DNA of 64,000 nucleotides from Batkoa obscura (Eukaryota): NCBI GenBank assembly GCA_030770535.1, contig JASVEC010000024.1, positions 310,001 to 374,000 of the forward strand, read 5' to 3'. Shown piece by piece: positions 1 to 12,676 of this stretch (position 1 is its first letter; each line of letters starts with the position of its first letter). The notes under the pieces were generated by a model. It saw only the letters and a program-made list of their open reading frames with translations, ran no database searches and was not told where the DNA came from. The position numbers and the translations under genes were made by a program.

Positions 1-964
1 AAGCTAAGAAATCAAATAACATATGTAACAAAGAAGCCAACATAGTTAAAGCTAATAAAGTAGGAGAAACTTCAAAAAACATTTGTCGCATATTGTCAAC
101 ATCTTTATCTGATATTTTAATTGGTGAGTGTTCGGATTGAAAACCTATAAAAGCGTTTGAAAAATGTTGATGGATACGAAACATCCCCAAATTAGCAAGT
201 CGGAAACCAAATTCGATCTCTATTTGCTTTGGTGGTAAGGTTTGGTTTAATGGGATGTAATGATCCCTCCTTAGCCCTATCTCATTGAAATAAAATATGG
301 GTAAATATTCTCTTCTTTCTGGATTGATCATTGGTAAATGAGGTAAAATATCATTTGGTATTCTATCCTTTGGATATCTTGTACGGTCTATAATTAATTC
401 TAACTGAATCTTTGATTTAAAATGAGTAATGATTGGCATATTGTCTAGATCCTCAATTCTCACGGAATCATTCTCATCGCTTAATAAATTCTTAGTTATA
501 TTTGGCATAAACTTTAAGTATTTGGTTAATGGAGTAGTTGAGTATAATATAAGTGGATCATGGTTTTCTTGAAATTGATTTGGTGATTTATCCACTTCGG
601 TTATAAAACTATGTAAATATAAAGTACCGTTCCTTCTAGTGGATTTTGGTAAAGACACATTGATTGTATTCTTTTGTTCTGAAAATTGTTGTGACCAGTT
701 TTCTAATTTCCAAATAGGCTTTGGTTGTTTCTTTTTATTAAAAATATCCTTAGCATAGGGTGAAGTGCTAGTATAAAGAGTAAAAGTAAAGTTACGCTTA
801 GTATCCCAGTGCTGCTCATGATATGGTTCACCTTTTACTTCGTTATAGTATGGTATATTTAAAGTGGGATAAAACAAAATTACAACATTCAATATCATAT
901 TTAGCAAGTACCATGTAAAGATACCTACAGATATTAATGTAATTAAACTTCCTGCTTTTGCCAT
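1..964 (-). CDS. CLPTM1/CLPTM1L-family membrane protein, 5' part (runs off the window start)
   Basis: Manual translation from ATG at 964: MAKAGSLITLISVGIFTWY...RNGTLYLH...YLPIFYFNE...DVDNMRQMFFEVSPTLLALTMLASLLHMLFDFLA, matching CLPTM1 motifs (NGTLY.H, LH..F.FLA). Not in the ORF track because no stop lies inside the window. Confidence 0.85.
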   Translation of the reverse strand, partial: MAKAGSLITLISVGIFTWYLLNMILNVVILFYPTLNIPYYNEVKGEPYHEQHWDTKRNFTFTLYTSTSPYAKDIFNKKKQPKPIWKLENWSQQFSEQKNTINVSLPKSTRRNGTLYLHSFITEVDKSPNQFQENHDPLILYSTTPLTKYLKFMPNITKNLLSDENDSVRIEDLDNMPIITHFKSKIQLELIIDRTRYPKDRIPNDILPHLPMINPERREYLPIFYFNEIGLRRDHYIPLNQTLPPKQIEIEFGFRLANLGMFRIHQHFSNAFIGFQSEHSPIKISDKDVDNMRQMFFEVSPTLLALTMLASLLHMLFDFLA

Positions 965-1055
965 TATTTTATAAAAAATTCAAAAGTTGTTCTACCTTTT
1001 CATGTTACGTGTATTTTTAATTTGACTTGTAAAATTATTGGATAACTTTTTTTCA

Positions 1056-1749
1056 ATGAATCATTTTCAATCTACTCCAAAAGATAGATTAAGTTATCTT
1101 CAAAAGTTAGTCACTCAATTTTGTAATTCTAATGATAAAGGTAAGCAAGATGTATATATAAAATTATAGATAACAATTTGATATAGAATTAAAGTTGAAG
1201 TCTTTAGCTAATCTTGCTAATTTTTCATATGACCCAAGTAATTATAGCTATTTAAACCAATTGAAAGTATACGATCTATTTTTAGGTAATAATATATATT
1301 TCATGGATATCATCTAATGTAGCCAGATCAATTATACACTGAAGAGATAGGATTCATAGAAATTGCATGTGGCGGCCTATGTAATATTTGCTTAGGTATA
1401 ACAAATATACTCGAATTATAGCTCATTCTAAAAAATTTAAATAGATTCAACAATAAAAGAAAACATGCTAAATCATAATGCGATTGAGCTTTTGTTTTAT
1501 TGCCTTAATAAGAACAATGAAAGCATTGTAAAGAATTGTTTAACAACCCTCATGTTTCTAATAGATGACGATACTTATGATGGTAAATTTAAATTAACAT
1601 AATTATTTTTGTTACTTATTTTTTTTGCAGAAATATGTACCTATGAGTTAAGGGATTACCTATTAGAACTTAAAAAATCGATCAATCCTTGTTTGTCAAA
1701 TCTTTGTAACGTTTTTTTATACAATTACTTTGAGGGTGAAGATAATTGA
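1056..1749 (+). CDS. ARMC7: Armadillo repeat-containing protein 7, spliced (about 5 exons)
   Basis: Spliced reading [13 protein letters not shown]...[28 protein letters not shown]...[12 protein letters not shown] matches the ARMC7 pattern (LANLANFAYDP.NY; GGLCN.C). GT-AG introns; stop TGA at 1747-1749. Confidence 0.85.
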
Positions 1750-2418
1750 TTTGCGTATCTTCAAACTACTTTTTAATATAAATTAAATTAAATTAAATTA
1801 AACTATAATTTATCGACTTGATTAGTTTATATAATATATATCATTAAATTTCAGATATTGGAAATGTTATAACAATTGAGTTTCTATTTACTTACATTCA
1901 AATGATCCTTGTGTGAAAATGGACATTCTTCTATTATATTTTTCAACTAATCTTATCAAAAATGAACCATATCTAAGGAAATATTATCAGTTTGAGATAA
2001 TTTGAATTAAGTTTTGTACACTATGCTTTATTAAGTTAATTAAAATATTTCAGTACTTAAATAATATAGCGATAAAAGTAATATACCAAATATGGAATAT
2101 ATGAAAATAAGTATTAGCGCAGTATATATTATTAAACTACATCTATTGTGAATACAAACAGCTATAATCAGTAAATCTCTTTTATTTTAAAGCTTTCTTT
2201 TGATACACAATAATGATAAAAAGGTAATTATACTGAGAAGATGTAATTTATATAGCTATAAACAAAAGTAGTAATTTATATTTAATTGTGAAGGTCAAAC
2301 TAATATTACCAATTAAAATAAACCAAATTTCGTCATTTGATCGAGTAGACTATAAAATTAATTTTTATTTCTATTTTTATTTCTATCTTAATTATTTTTT
2401 AATAGCAGCTTAAACTTA

Positions 2419-3580
2419 ATGATGAAACGTATAACAAGATCAATGACGAAAGCAAGTTCTAAACTTAAAGAAACACTTGTTCGAGATACGAAGAAAGTTA
2501 AAGTAAAGAAAGAGATAAAAGATACAGCTGAAAAATTGATTCAGGATCAAGCTGAAGTTAAAGAAACACTTGTTCGAGATACGAAGAAAGTTAAAGTAAA
2601 GAAAGAGATAAAAGATACAGCTGAAAAATTGATTCAGGATCAAGCTGAAGTTAAAGAAATACAAGTGGTTAAGAAAAGGATTGTAAAAGCTAAACCAGTG
2701 CCCGCCTCTTACCTTCCAGAAACGGATTTAGAGCATTTAAAATTGATGGAAACCTTGCCAAAAAAACCTAGTAAAGACTTTGTCTTTGAATACTTAACCA
2801 AAGTGGATAAGTAAAAACAGTTTACTTTGGCAAGTTTTTTTATTAACTATTTTTAAGGAACTTAGGTAAAATTATAAAGAGTAGTGATTTAGATTGCTTT
2901 ATTTTCAATCTTGAATCCAAGTTCAAATCAGCAGAGGATGCCCCCAATACTTTTGGATACCTTGGAAGGAACATTATATTTCAAGTAATATTTCGTCTAT
3001 AATAATAGCTAACTAATCCACCATAGCAATTGTCAGGAAAAGCTGCAAGTACAATAGAGTCTCGATTTCTTAATTTATATAAAGTCGAAGCAGAGGAAAC
3101 CTACTTTCCAACGCCAGAACAGGTTTTAGCTACCGATAATGAAGCGCTTCGAGGTGTAGGACTTTCTATGGCCAAAGCTTTGTATATCAAAGATCTAGCA
3201 TTACATTATCAAAATGGTAGCCTCAGTGATATTAAGTTAAAAGAAGCAGACGATAAAACAGTTTACGAACTTTTGATTCAAGTTAAAGGAATTGGACCAG
3301 TAAGCTAATGTTATCACTGTTTATTTAAATTTAAAATCATTAACAATAGTGGACCATCGATATGTTCTTAATGAGTTATTTAAAGCGATTAGATGTATTA
3401 CCATTAGGAGATTTAGGTATCAAAAAAGGAATGATTAAACATTTTGAACTTACTGTAAGTGATAAGAAAAAACTAATTGATGAAAAAGATATGATTGAGT
3501 TGAGCAAGGCTTGGAGGCCATATCGTTCTGTTGCTTCTTGGCTCATGTGGGAAATTGCGAATACTATTACAGCAACTTGA
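2419..3580 (+). CDS. MAG1: DNA-3-methyladenine glycosylase (AlkA/Mag1, HhH-GPD), 4 exons
   Basis: Joined exons give GRNIIFQQLSGKAA, LRGVGLSMAKA, LIQVKGIGPWT.DMFLM, DVLPLGDLGI and WRPYRSVASWLMW. Confidence 0.9.
2465..2659 (+). repeat. Perfect 93-bp in-frame tandem duplication (31 aa) in the MAG1 N-terminus
   Basis: Units start at 2465 and 2558, with a partial third at 2651; KETLVRDTKKVKVKKEIKDTAEKLIQDQAEV appears twice. Confidence 0.95.
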
Positions 3581-3990
3581 GAAGGTTGCTGATAAATAAA
3601 TTTTTGTCATTTAATTTATAGTAGTTAACGATTTATTGTTTATTACTTATAAAACTATATAAATACGTGAGTATTAATATACCAACTATAAACACCAATG
3701 ATAAAGTTGCAACTCAAAATAGTTCACATTTATACAGGCAAATTTGACTTTAATCTTGGTTAATATTTAACAACCCATCTCTTTTATTTAAATGAATTAA
3801 TTTGATAAAAAAATAGTTTTATTTAATACAAAAAACTTATAATTATTAAACAAAACTTGCACTATTTGTAAACGGGTAGAACAACAAAGAAACAATACTA
3901 CCTAAAAAATAAAATAATCTGTAATTTACTTCAAACACTCCATAGTTCATATAAAACCTTATTTAAGTTCAACTTCTTAAAGGAAAAAAT

Positions 3991-4227
3991 CTAAAGACAA
4001 AAACAAAACCAGGAATTTTGCAAAGTCGAATCTGTACAAAAGCCTTCCTTCCTTCCAGTCATATTACCCGTTGCACTACTATTTCCTTTCTTTAAAGAAG
4101 CCTCTAATCTATCTCTTGTTTTTTTACTTATTTCTCGTTCCATTGGTGTCTTTCTATATCCCTGCTGAGAGTCAAATATCGGTTCCAATTGTTCCATCTC
4201 TTTTGTTTCTGGTTCTTGGTTGTTCAT
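3991..4227 (-). CDS. Small hypothetical protein (possibly spliced further 3')
   Basis: 78-aa ORF with coding-like composition and an upstream CCAAT motif (gattggctg near 4322). No family recognised. Confidence 0.4.
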   Translation of the reverse strand: MNNQEPETKEMEQLEPIFDSQQGYRKTPMEREISKKTRDRLEASLKKGNSSATGNMTGRKEGFCTDSTLQNSWFCFCL

Positions 4228-4638
4228 GGTATATTTTCAATTGTTTTTAAAAACTAAAGAGATTTATAACAAAAAGGTTGAAGTAATTCATTGGTGTTTA
4301 TAAATCAGGGATTGAGGGATTGATTGGCTGAGAAAAAAGGTGATCAATTAAATTAATATTTAGTTTTACACTAACATTGTTATTTATTATAATTGATATA
4401 TGTTTTAATAAATTATTGCTATATAAAATGAAATCATGTTCCATTTTTAAAATAATAACATCTATTAAATCACACTACTAAAGACAAATATATAACACCG
4501 ATGGAAATTAGTAACAATATATCAATATATATTTGGTAGTTGATAATTTAATACCCAGCAGCTATATATTGGTAATGTTATATACTAAAATAGTTGAATT
4601 TACTTTTATAGAATTCTTAAACACAAAAATACATCTTC

Positions 4639-4745
4639 ATATGGGGATGTATTTTTGTGTTTAAGAATTTTACTAACAATTTTTCCACTCAAATAACGCT
4701 TAAAAGATGAAAAAAATACTGAAGCTAAAAAAAACATCTCCATAT
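4639..4745 (+). mobile_element. MITE-like element copy 1, preceded by an inverted partial left end (4612-4640)
   Basis: ATATGGGGATGTATTTTTGTGTTTAAGAATTTTACTAAC...AAAACATCTCCATAT. Confidence 0.85.
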
Positions 4746-5397
4746 TGTTTTTTACTCATTTGGTATGGATTTAGTATTATAGCAAATTTAATATGAATCT
4801 TTACATAGAAAACTACAGCAATAGATTGAGTAAGAAGTTAACTAAAATCAATATTAGTACAGCAATGATAAGTAACTGTGTATTAAAATAGCATTAGTAG
4901 TTAATGATCTTTGCACTTGAACTTAGAGAAATTAAGTTGAGATTTTACTAAAAAAATTTACAAGAAAATGAGATCTTTAAAGTGGAGTGAAGCGCCTAGT
5001 AGGATTAAGAAGTAGTTGAACTTATTTTTCGCCTTCGATCTTATTAGTGTATAATACATAAATACAAATTCATGGCTTATAAAAGCTTTCGAGTCAACCA
5101 CCAGAGTACATATATGAAAGGTAGAGCCTATGGAAGTAAAGTTGAGTCGATAGAATTTTCATGAAGGATCTATGTTATTAAAAAGATAGTGATAATTTAG
5201 TATTCGATTTTATAATTACTAGGGCACTAGTTAAATTCTGCGACGGTTTTTTTATCGGATGTATCATCGTAGCATTATATTATATGGCTATGATTATTTA
5301 AATTAGTTTTTGTATTTGTTTTTACTATATTTATAGCTACTAAATATAATTTATATTAACAATTAATAATATGTTTTTATTTAAAAAGAGAGGAAAA

Positions 5398-6379
5398 TTA
5401 GAATAGTTTTTTAACGGATTTAGTAATATCACCCCAATTGTCTTTAACATAGCCTTTTGCAAGTTCACTACTTTCTTTTAAGACTTGTTGACGAACCCCT
5501 CTAAGGACAGCTGCCTTTTCATCATATTGGGCTCCTTTATATTCATTTAAGATCATTTCATCTGCAGTAGGACCTAAAATAGCATTAGTAGTAGCAGCCA
5601 AAACTAAACCTGCATATGGAATAGCTGAAATTCCAGAAATCACTGCAGTTCTCATATAGTCTAAGGCCTTGTTATTGTAAGCCAATTCGGAAGCGTTAAT
5701 AAGATTTACATTATGCATACATGAAGCCACACTAGATGCAGGATACTTTTCACCACTATTAGCACAATAATAACCTCGTCTAAGTTCTACTGTTTTACCG
5801 CCAGGTGCACATTCTGACTTGGCCGTGGTCATAGATGTTAACCTAAAGCAATTACTAAAATCATATTTCATAGCAGCAGTTCGTAGTACATCATTGGCTA
5901 AAAGACATATTTTATCAATAGATAGTAATTGAGTATCAGACTGAATTGTTTGAGTATCCTTCCTATATATACCAGTATTATTTAAAATTCTACCTACTAC
6001 CTTTTCAGTCATTAGAATTTCAAAGACTTGACGATAGTTGTCATCATCAGGATGTACATTATCCATTGGGATAACAATCGATCTTATACCTTGACGTAAA
6101 TCTACAGTGATATAATTTTTAGTTCCAACTGGGGGATTAAAATAAAGACAATCTCTTTCCTTTATACCATTCGTTTGCAGACTTTACCCATTCTTTTGAT
6201 GTAACAATAGAACTAAATATTGCCTCACAATTACGTTGATACTTTGGTGATATATCAACCTCGAACCATGCGGTGTCAGGCTTGAGACCACGACAGTTTG
6301 CATCTAAATAAGTCAACCCAAGAGGATTTTGACTTAACGTAGTAGCAATAAAAATAAATAAGGATAAACTTAAAAACAT
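5398..6379 (-). pseudogene. Secreted Cys-rich family copy 1, frameshifted by a 137-bp internal deletion
   Basis: Nearly identical to 8164-9282 but 137 bp shorter; split into ORFs 6137-6379 and 5398-6066. Confidence 0.9.
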
Positions 6380-7152
6380 TTTTTTTGTATTTTATTGATA
6401 TATTTTGTTTCTGTTTATATACTCTTTATAATGCTACAAGCACTCAATATAATATAAATTCTAAATATAAATAAGCTTATAATTATTATTTAGTTTATTA
6501 ATGAATGTGTCATCAAATAGTAAATAAAAGGGTTCTCTCAAATATTCAATATCTTAATATACGCATGAAGATGTCAAAATAGTAGAGGTAATCATACGCT
6601 ATAAATACTTTTATTAAAGTAGTAGAACCTTCATTTTTCATATATTTATGTATGTAAATCTTCATCCAATTGTTTTAATTTGATTTAACAAATACATAAT
6701 TCATTGGAGCTCAAGGCTTTTAATTTATTTCCTACCCTGTTGAACTTTTATTTATACTATTTTAGTTCTATATGCTAAAAAGATTGAGACTTCAAACTTT
6801 AGCTACAGTTACTAAACAAATAGCTCGGGTAGTTTGAAAATTTCCATATTCTTGATTATTACTTTTTATATAATTAATATAAATAAAAACAAGTCATATA
6901 TCCAAAAATTAAGTTGGATGATACTTAAATCTATACCGTAAAAACATAATGCTTACAATGTAATCATGAAATTGATACTGTTTATATTCAGTTGCTCAAA
7001 AAGAGTAATTTTTGCATTTTTTGTTAGGATAAAAATTTGATATTTATAAACTATGTCTAAAAATAAACAACTTTATTGATTCGAAATATTTTTAATTTAC
7101 CAATAACAATATTTGAGCCTGTAATGAGCTTGTTATCAAAAGTTGGAAAGGT

Positions 7153-7253
7153 ATATGGGGATGTGTTTTTTCGTTTAAAAATTTTGTTACAATCTTTTCA
7201 CTCAAATAGGGCTTAAAAAATGAAAAAATAATGAAACTAAAACAGCTCTATAT
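7153..7253 (+). mobile_element. MITE-like element copy 2
   Basis: ATATGGGGATGTG left end and conserved core; right end degenerate. Confidence 0.8.
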
Positions 7254-7969
7254 CTTTCTTTGAGATGATCAAGTCAAAAAAAAATTACAGTAAAAATTCA
7301 AGAGTTTATTAAATACTTTAATAAATGTTTATATACAATTAATAAAAAGTACTTTATAAAGCTTTTAAAACGGATTAGTTTAAACTAAACCTACCTTTTT
7401 ATTGTTAAAACATAAAAAATATAAAAAATATAAAAAATACTATGAAATGCTATAATACTAATATAATCTAATTGATAGAACTTGAATATATATACACATT
7501 TTTGAAAAAATTCTTTATTATAAAGTAAGATGCTTTATCTATTAGGTTGAATTTTTCTAAAAAGTTTGGAAATAAATTTCTATACTTTATTGCTTTTATT
7601 AACAACTTTATTATTTTTTATTATTATTATCAAAGCAAATCGCGAAAGTGTTGTGATGTCAATCATTAATCATACTAATTACATTTCTCTGTTTTGATGC
7701 ATCTTAATTATAACTCCCTAAAGCTTTCATATAAATTCCTATACATTTGTATGACTACTCAATGGAGTTAATAAACCCTTTCTCACCTTGTATATTAATT
7801 TTAACCTTAAATTATATTGAACGAACATTGTGCAAGACGTTGAAGTACTATCTATTGAATAAATTTAACCTTATATTTTAATGTATTATTTAAATGAATA
7901 AATTTAGTTAAAATTAATTGAGTATAAAAATTGTAGCAACACACTTTTATTCAACGGTGTATGTTTACA

Positions 7970-8075
7970 ATATGGGGCTGTATTTTTTTGTTTAAAAGTT
8001 TTACTAACAAACTTTCCGCTTAAATAGCGCTTAAAAATGGAAAAAATAATGAAGTCAAAAAAAACACTCCCATAT
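7970..8075 (+). mobile_element. MITE-like element copy 3
   Basis: ATATGGGGCTG...AAATAGCGCTTAAA...CACTCCCATAT. Confidence 0.85.
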
Positions 8076-8163
8076 ATTTGCAATATGATCGAGTCCAAAA
8101 CTTTATGGCTATTTTAGCAAAATAAGTTTGTAATATATGTATGTTTATTCTAAAAGTATAAGA

Positions 8164-9282
8164 TTAAAATAATTTTTTGATAGATTTAACGATATCATCC
8201 CAATTGTCTTTAACATAGCCTTTTGCAAGTTCACTACTTTCTTTTAAGACTTGTTGACGAACCCCTCTAAGGACAGCTGCCTTTTCATCATATTGGGCTC
8301 CTTTATATTCATTTAAGATCATTTCATCTGCAGTAGGACCTAAAATAGCATTAGTAGTAGCAGCCAAAACTAAACCTGCATATGGAATAGCTGAAATTCC
8401 AGAAATCACTGCAGTTCTCATATAGTCTAAGGCCTTGTTATTGTAAGCCAATTCGGAAGCGTTAATAAGATTTACATTATGCATACATGAAGCCACACTA
8501 GATGCAGGATACTTTTCACCACTATTAGCACAATAATAACCTCGTCTAAGTTCTACTGTTTTACCGCCAGGTGCACATTCTGACTTGGCCGTGGTCATAG
8601 ATGTTAACCTAAAGCAATTACTAAAATCATATTTCATAGCAGCAGTTCGTAGTACATCATTGGCTAAAAGACATATTTTATCAATAGATAGTAATTGAGT
8701 ATCAGATTGAATTGTTTGAGTATCCTTCCTATATATACCAGTATTATTTAAAATTCTACCTACTACCTTTTCAGTCATTAGAATTTCAAAGACTTGACGA
8801 TAGTTGTCATCATCAGGATGTACATTATCCATTGGGATAACAATCGATCTTATACCTTGACGTAAATCTACAGTGATATAATTTTTAGTTCCAACTGGGG
8901 GATTAAAATAAAGATAATCTCTTTCCTTATTTGTAGATGAGATTTCATGTTGAATTAAAGTTGGTAAAGCACTTGAATCTGAGGTAGCTGCTAAAAAAGC
9001 ATCAGTACAATATTGACGACTAAATGCACCACAGTTATTTGAAGGGCGAAAACAACTCTTTCCTTTATACCATTCGTTTGCAGACTTTACCCATTCTTTT
9101 GATGTAACAATAGAACTAAATATTGCCTCACAATTACGTTGATACTTTGGTGATATATCAACCTCGAACCATGCGGTGTCAGGCTTGAGACCACGACAGT
9201 TTGCATCTAAATAAGTCAACCCAAGAGGATTTTGACTTAACGTAGTAGCAATAAAAATAAATAAGGATAAACTTAAAAACAT
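8164..9282 (-). CDS. Secreted cysteine-rich protein, family copy 2 (372 aa, function unknown, toxin/effector candidate)
   Basis: Intronless ORF with a hydrophobic signal-like N-terminus (MFLSLSLFIFIATTLS), 10 Cys and a C-terminal hydrophobic stretch TAVISGISAIPYAGLVLAATTNAILG. Confidence 0.85.
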   Translation of the reverse strand: MFLSLSLFIFIATTLSQNPLGLTYLDANCRGLKPDTAWFEVDISPKYQRNCEAIFSSIVTSKEWVKSANEWYKGKSCFRPSNNCGAFSRQYCTDAFLAATSDSSALPTLIQHEISSTNKERDYLYFNPPVGTKNYITVDLRQGIRSIVIPMDNVHPDDDNYRQVFEILMTEKVVGRILNNTGIYRKDTQTIQSDTQLLSIDKICLLANDVLRTAAMKYDFSNCFRLTSMTTAKSECAPGGKTVELRRGYYCANSGEKYPASSVASCMHNVNLINASELAYNNKALDYMRTAVISGISAIPYAGLVLAATTNAILGPTADEMILNEYKGAQYDEKAAVLRGVRQQVLKESSELAKGYVKDNWDDIVKSIKKLF

Positions 9283-9526
9283 TTTTTTTGTATTTTATTG
9301 ATATATTTTGTTTCTGTTTATATACTCTTTATAATGCTACAAGCACTCAATATAATATAAATTCTAAATATAAAAATAAGCTTATAATTATTATTTAATC
9401 TATTAATGAATATAATTTAATAAATAATAATCAATCAGAAGAATTCTTTTCAAACAGTGAACACTGTAGTATAAGCATAAAAATGTTAAAATAGTGCAGG
9501 TAATTGTATTCTTTAAACATTCCTAC

Positions 9527-9996
9527 ATGCAATCTTATAGGGCTCTTATTTTCATAATATAATTTCTTACCCTGCTAAAATTAATTGTTCTATTCATTAG
9601 TTGAATTCAATATTTTTTTATGACTGCAAAATTATTCACAGTAATTCAATCATTCACAGTTATTAAATTCTTTAATACTTTCAACGATTTAAGTATCCTA
9701 TTTATTATATTGAATCATATCAATAGTCAAATTGCTGCCAGATCTTTATTATTGAATTAGGTAATCTTACTAATCATACCGATTGAATATCAACTAACTA
9801 ACATTTACACTATATTAAATTATATAGTAAAAGTTAAATTTATAGTATAAAGATATACTATAACTCAAAAATACTATTTATCAAAATTTACAAAGCTTGT
9901 GTGCATGGTTTTTTAAAGCTACAAATTAAACTATGGACATGCGGCGTATTTAAAATTCTTAAACAAGTTTAATTAAGTTAAAGAATACAATTTAAA
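9527..9996. repeat. About 470-bp non-coding direct repeat, copy A (copy B at 14054-14523)
   Basis: Upstream regions of family copies 2 and 3 are near-identical (one substitution seen). Confidence 0.9.
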
Positions 9997-10925
9997 GGCA
10001 CTATGCTGTATACTCAGAAAGGAATATAGACCTAAGTGAGATATTTTTCTAAACTTTGAGTCTTTTATAAATAAAACTATAAATAAGCATGATATATGAC
10101 ATAAATAGAGCAGCTTGCTTTTAGATGATTGACCCCTTCTTTTAGTTCGATAACCTTACAATTAAATCCAGTTTAAAATTTTGAAGTTTAAAATTCAATC
10201 TATAAAAATAAGATTTCTACTAAAAGTATAAATATGGTGGAGTTTTAATTCTTTCAACTTGAGATTTTCATTAGATAGTTTAAGATGGCAAATCGAGAAG
10301 TCACATTATCAATCAGCCAAAATGAGATCCTGCAGTATCCGGATTTTCAAATATTTCAATTAAATCTTACTTTAATATATTAAATTATATAAATATTACA
10401 TTTTGACATATCATTGGTTTATAATTAATGAAAACTATTATAATATGACATAATAAACTTACTACTAATAGTTATTCTATTTTTGAAGCTCATTATAGTA
10501 AACTGTAAACAATAATTAAAACTTTAGTTAAAATTTGCATTGTGATTATAACGACAGTATATTTATGAAATTGTAGCTTAGCTTAATAAAACTTTTCACT
10601 CCTTTTTAGATTTTTCAATCTTTTATTAACTTTACCGATTATAATTTGCTTACATGTGTCATTATAGTTTAATTTCTTTCCTTTAAAAAACACCTTCAAC
10701 TTATATTTCTTTCTTTCCACAAATACTTTTTCCCCTTTAAAGTGGTAGTAATATCTTTGGATTCATACTTCTAATTTAATTAGCAGCTTGCTTTCTCATT
10801 CTCTCCTATCAAAGGCTTTATTATATATATATTAATTTGAAAAATGCTTAGATATTTTAGTACCTTTGATAGTTAAAAAATCTTAATATAATAAACATAA
10901 TAAATATTACATAGTAAAATAAAAG

Positions 10926-11031
10926 ATATGGGGATATATTTTGTGTTTGAGAAATTTACTAACAATTTTTCCGCTTAAATAGTGCTTAAAAAATGGAAGA
11001 AATAATGAAGTCAAAAAAAACACTCCCATAT
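10926..11031 (+). mobile_element. MITE-like element copy 4
   Basis: ATATGGGGATAT...CACTCCCATAT; shares diagnostic variants with copy 3. Confidence 0.85.
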
Positions 11032-12676
11032 ATAAGGTCTGAAAGATTTAAAATTTTAAATGAAAGAGGATCTCACTTTAAATGATTTAAATGGATTACC
11101 AAAAAAGTAAACGTCAATTTAAATGCATTTTGTTTCAATTTGACTGATAGATGACAATTTAATGACATTTTTAATGAAAATCGCATTTTGTAGTTTGGTT
11201 TTTAACTTTCTTATTTGGATTCTCAGATTAATTGCAAGGTTATCAAATTAAAGAAAGGACTTATCATCTAAAAACAAGCTTTTATACTAAGAACATTGAA
11301 TCAATAGTAAAGGAACACGTAGTTTGTTTATACTATTAGGTTCTTATTAAAAAAATGGAAATTTTAATTCATGAATTTATAGCTTAATCAAATAATTTTT
11401 TTGCTATTTTGGTAAGATTTCATATAGTTATCTTAAATTTGTTTATACAATCTGATCTGGTAGTGTCCGAGAGCAATTAAAGATCGCTGAAGGGGTTATG
11501 TGCTATTTAATTTAGGATAAAGTTAACGATTTTTCAAGAAAATGTTAAATTTCATCAAAAATTCTAGCCAAAGCTATTCTTTAGAACTATTTGCTCAGTT
11601 TAATCTGTTACATCAAAATACTTATAAACCGCTATGAAAAAAAACCTTATATTAAATTACAGTTTAGGTAAAATTTATTAATAGTATTATAAAAATAAGT
11701 AGCTTTGTAATATAAAAGGAATCAATATCAGATACATGGACTCAGTTTTATAATAACAAGATTATTTATGGGTTTTGTTGTTTAGTGCCATTGATTTATA
11801 TTCTAGTAGGAATTGCTACTTATTTCAAAAGCAGTTCATATAATATCTTATGCAATAAGGTATATAAGTTTTATAATGACTTTTAATGCTAATTAAACAT
11901 ACATCAAAATAAACTAATAATTGATAAAAAAATTTAGATATGTTAAATAGTGTAAATTAATTGGTAATTTTATCTAAAAAAATTCACGAAAAGTGAGATC
12001 ATTAGACTAGGTGATGAGCCTAGTGGAGTCGAGATGTATTTAGAGTTATATGTTTTTCTATTTAGATAGTTGAGCATAAACACGTCGAAAGTCCTGGATC
12101 ATGAAAAATATCCATTCAGCCGCTGAACATAGATAAGAGAGATTTTATCTATAGAATCGAGGTTGGTTATGATAAGTTTTATAGAGGATCTATGCTACCA
12201 AAGTAATAGTTAACATTTTGATGTTCAGGTTTATACTAACTATATCCTTTATTGACTTTAGAGACAATCTCTATGTCTATTGTGCTATTGAAACTTCATT
12301 GTATTAAGCCACAGTTATTTTGACTAATTTGTATTCTTTTTCTTTCACTATAGTTGTAACTGACTAATAAATTTTAAAAAAGCAACTTTGTATACTAGCT
12401 TTAATATCAATATTTTGGTTAGTTTTCTAAGTAAATTTAAATACAGTTTATTAAATGGCATAAAATTTAAAAATTGCAATATCATATAAATTAATTTTCA
12501 TTTAGCACTAATCAAATATAAAAGAATATAGCAGTAAACATTTTAATTTTCGGTTTGTATTAATATATTTATTTGCAACTCGATTGAGGCTATAAAGTTT
12601 AATGTTTGGCTAATAAAAATAAAATTTGTATTAACAAGTATAAATTTATATTTTGTGTTTATTTAAGAATATAAAG

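Noticed and set aside
7904..8098. Short ORFs overlapping MITE copies (also 19900-20106 and 31385-31603)
   Set aside because: Chance frames through the repeat; no coding signature.
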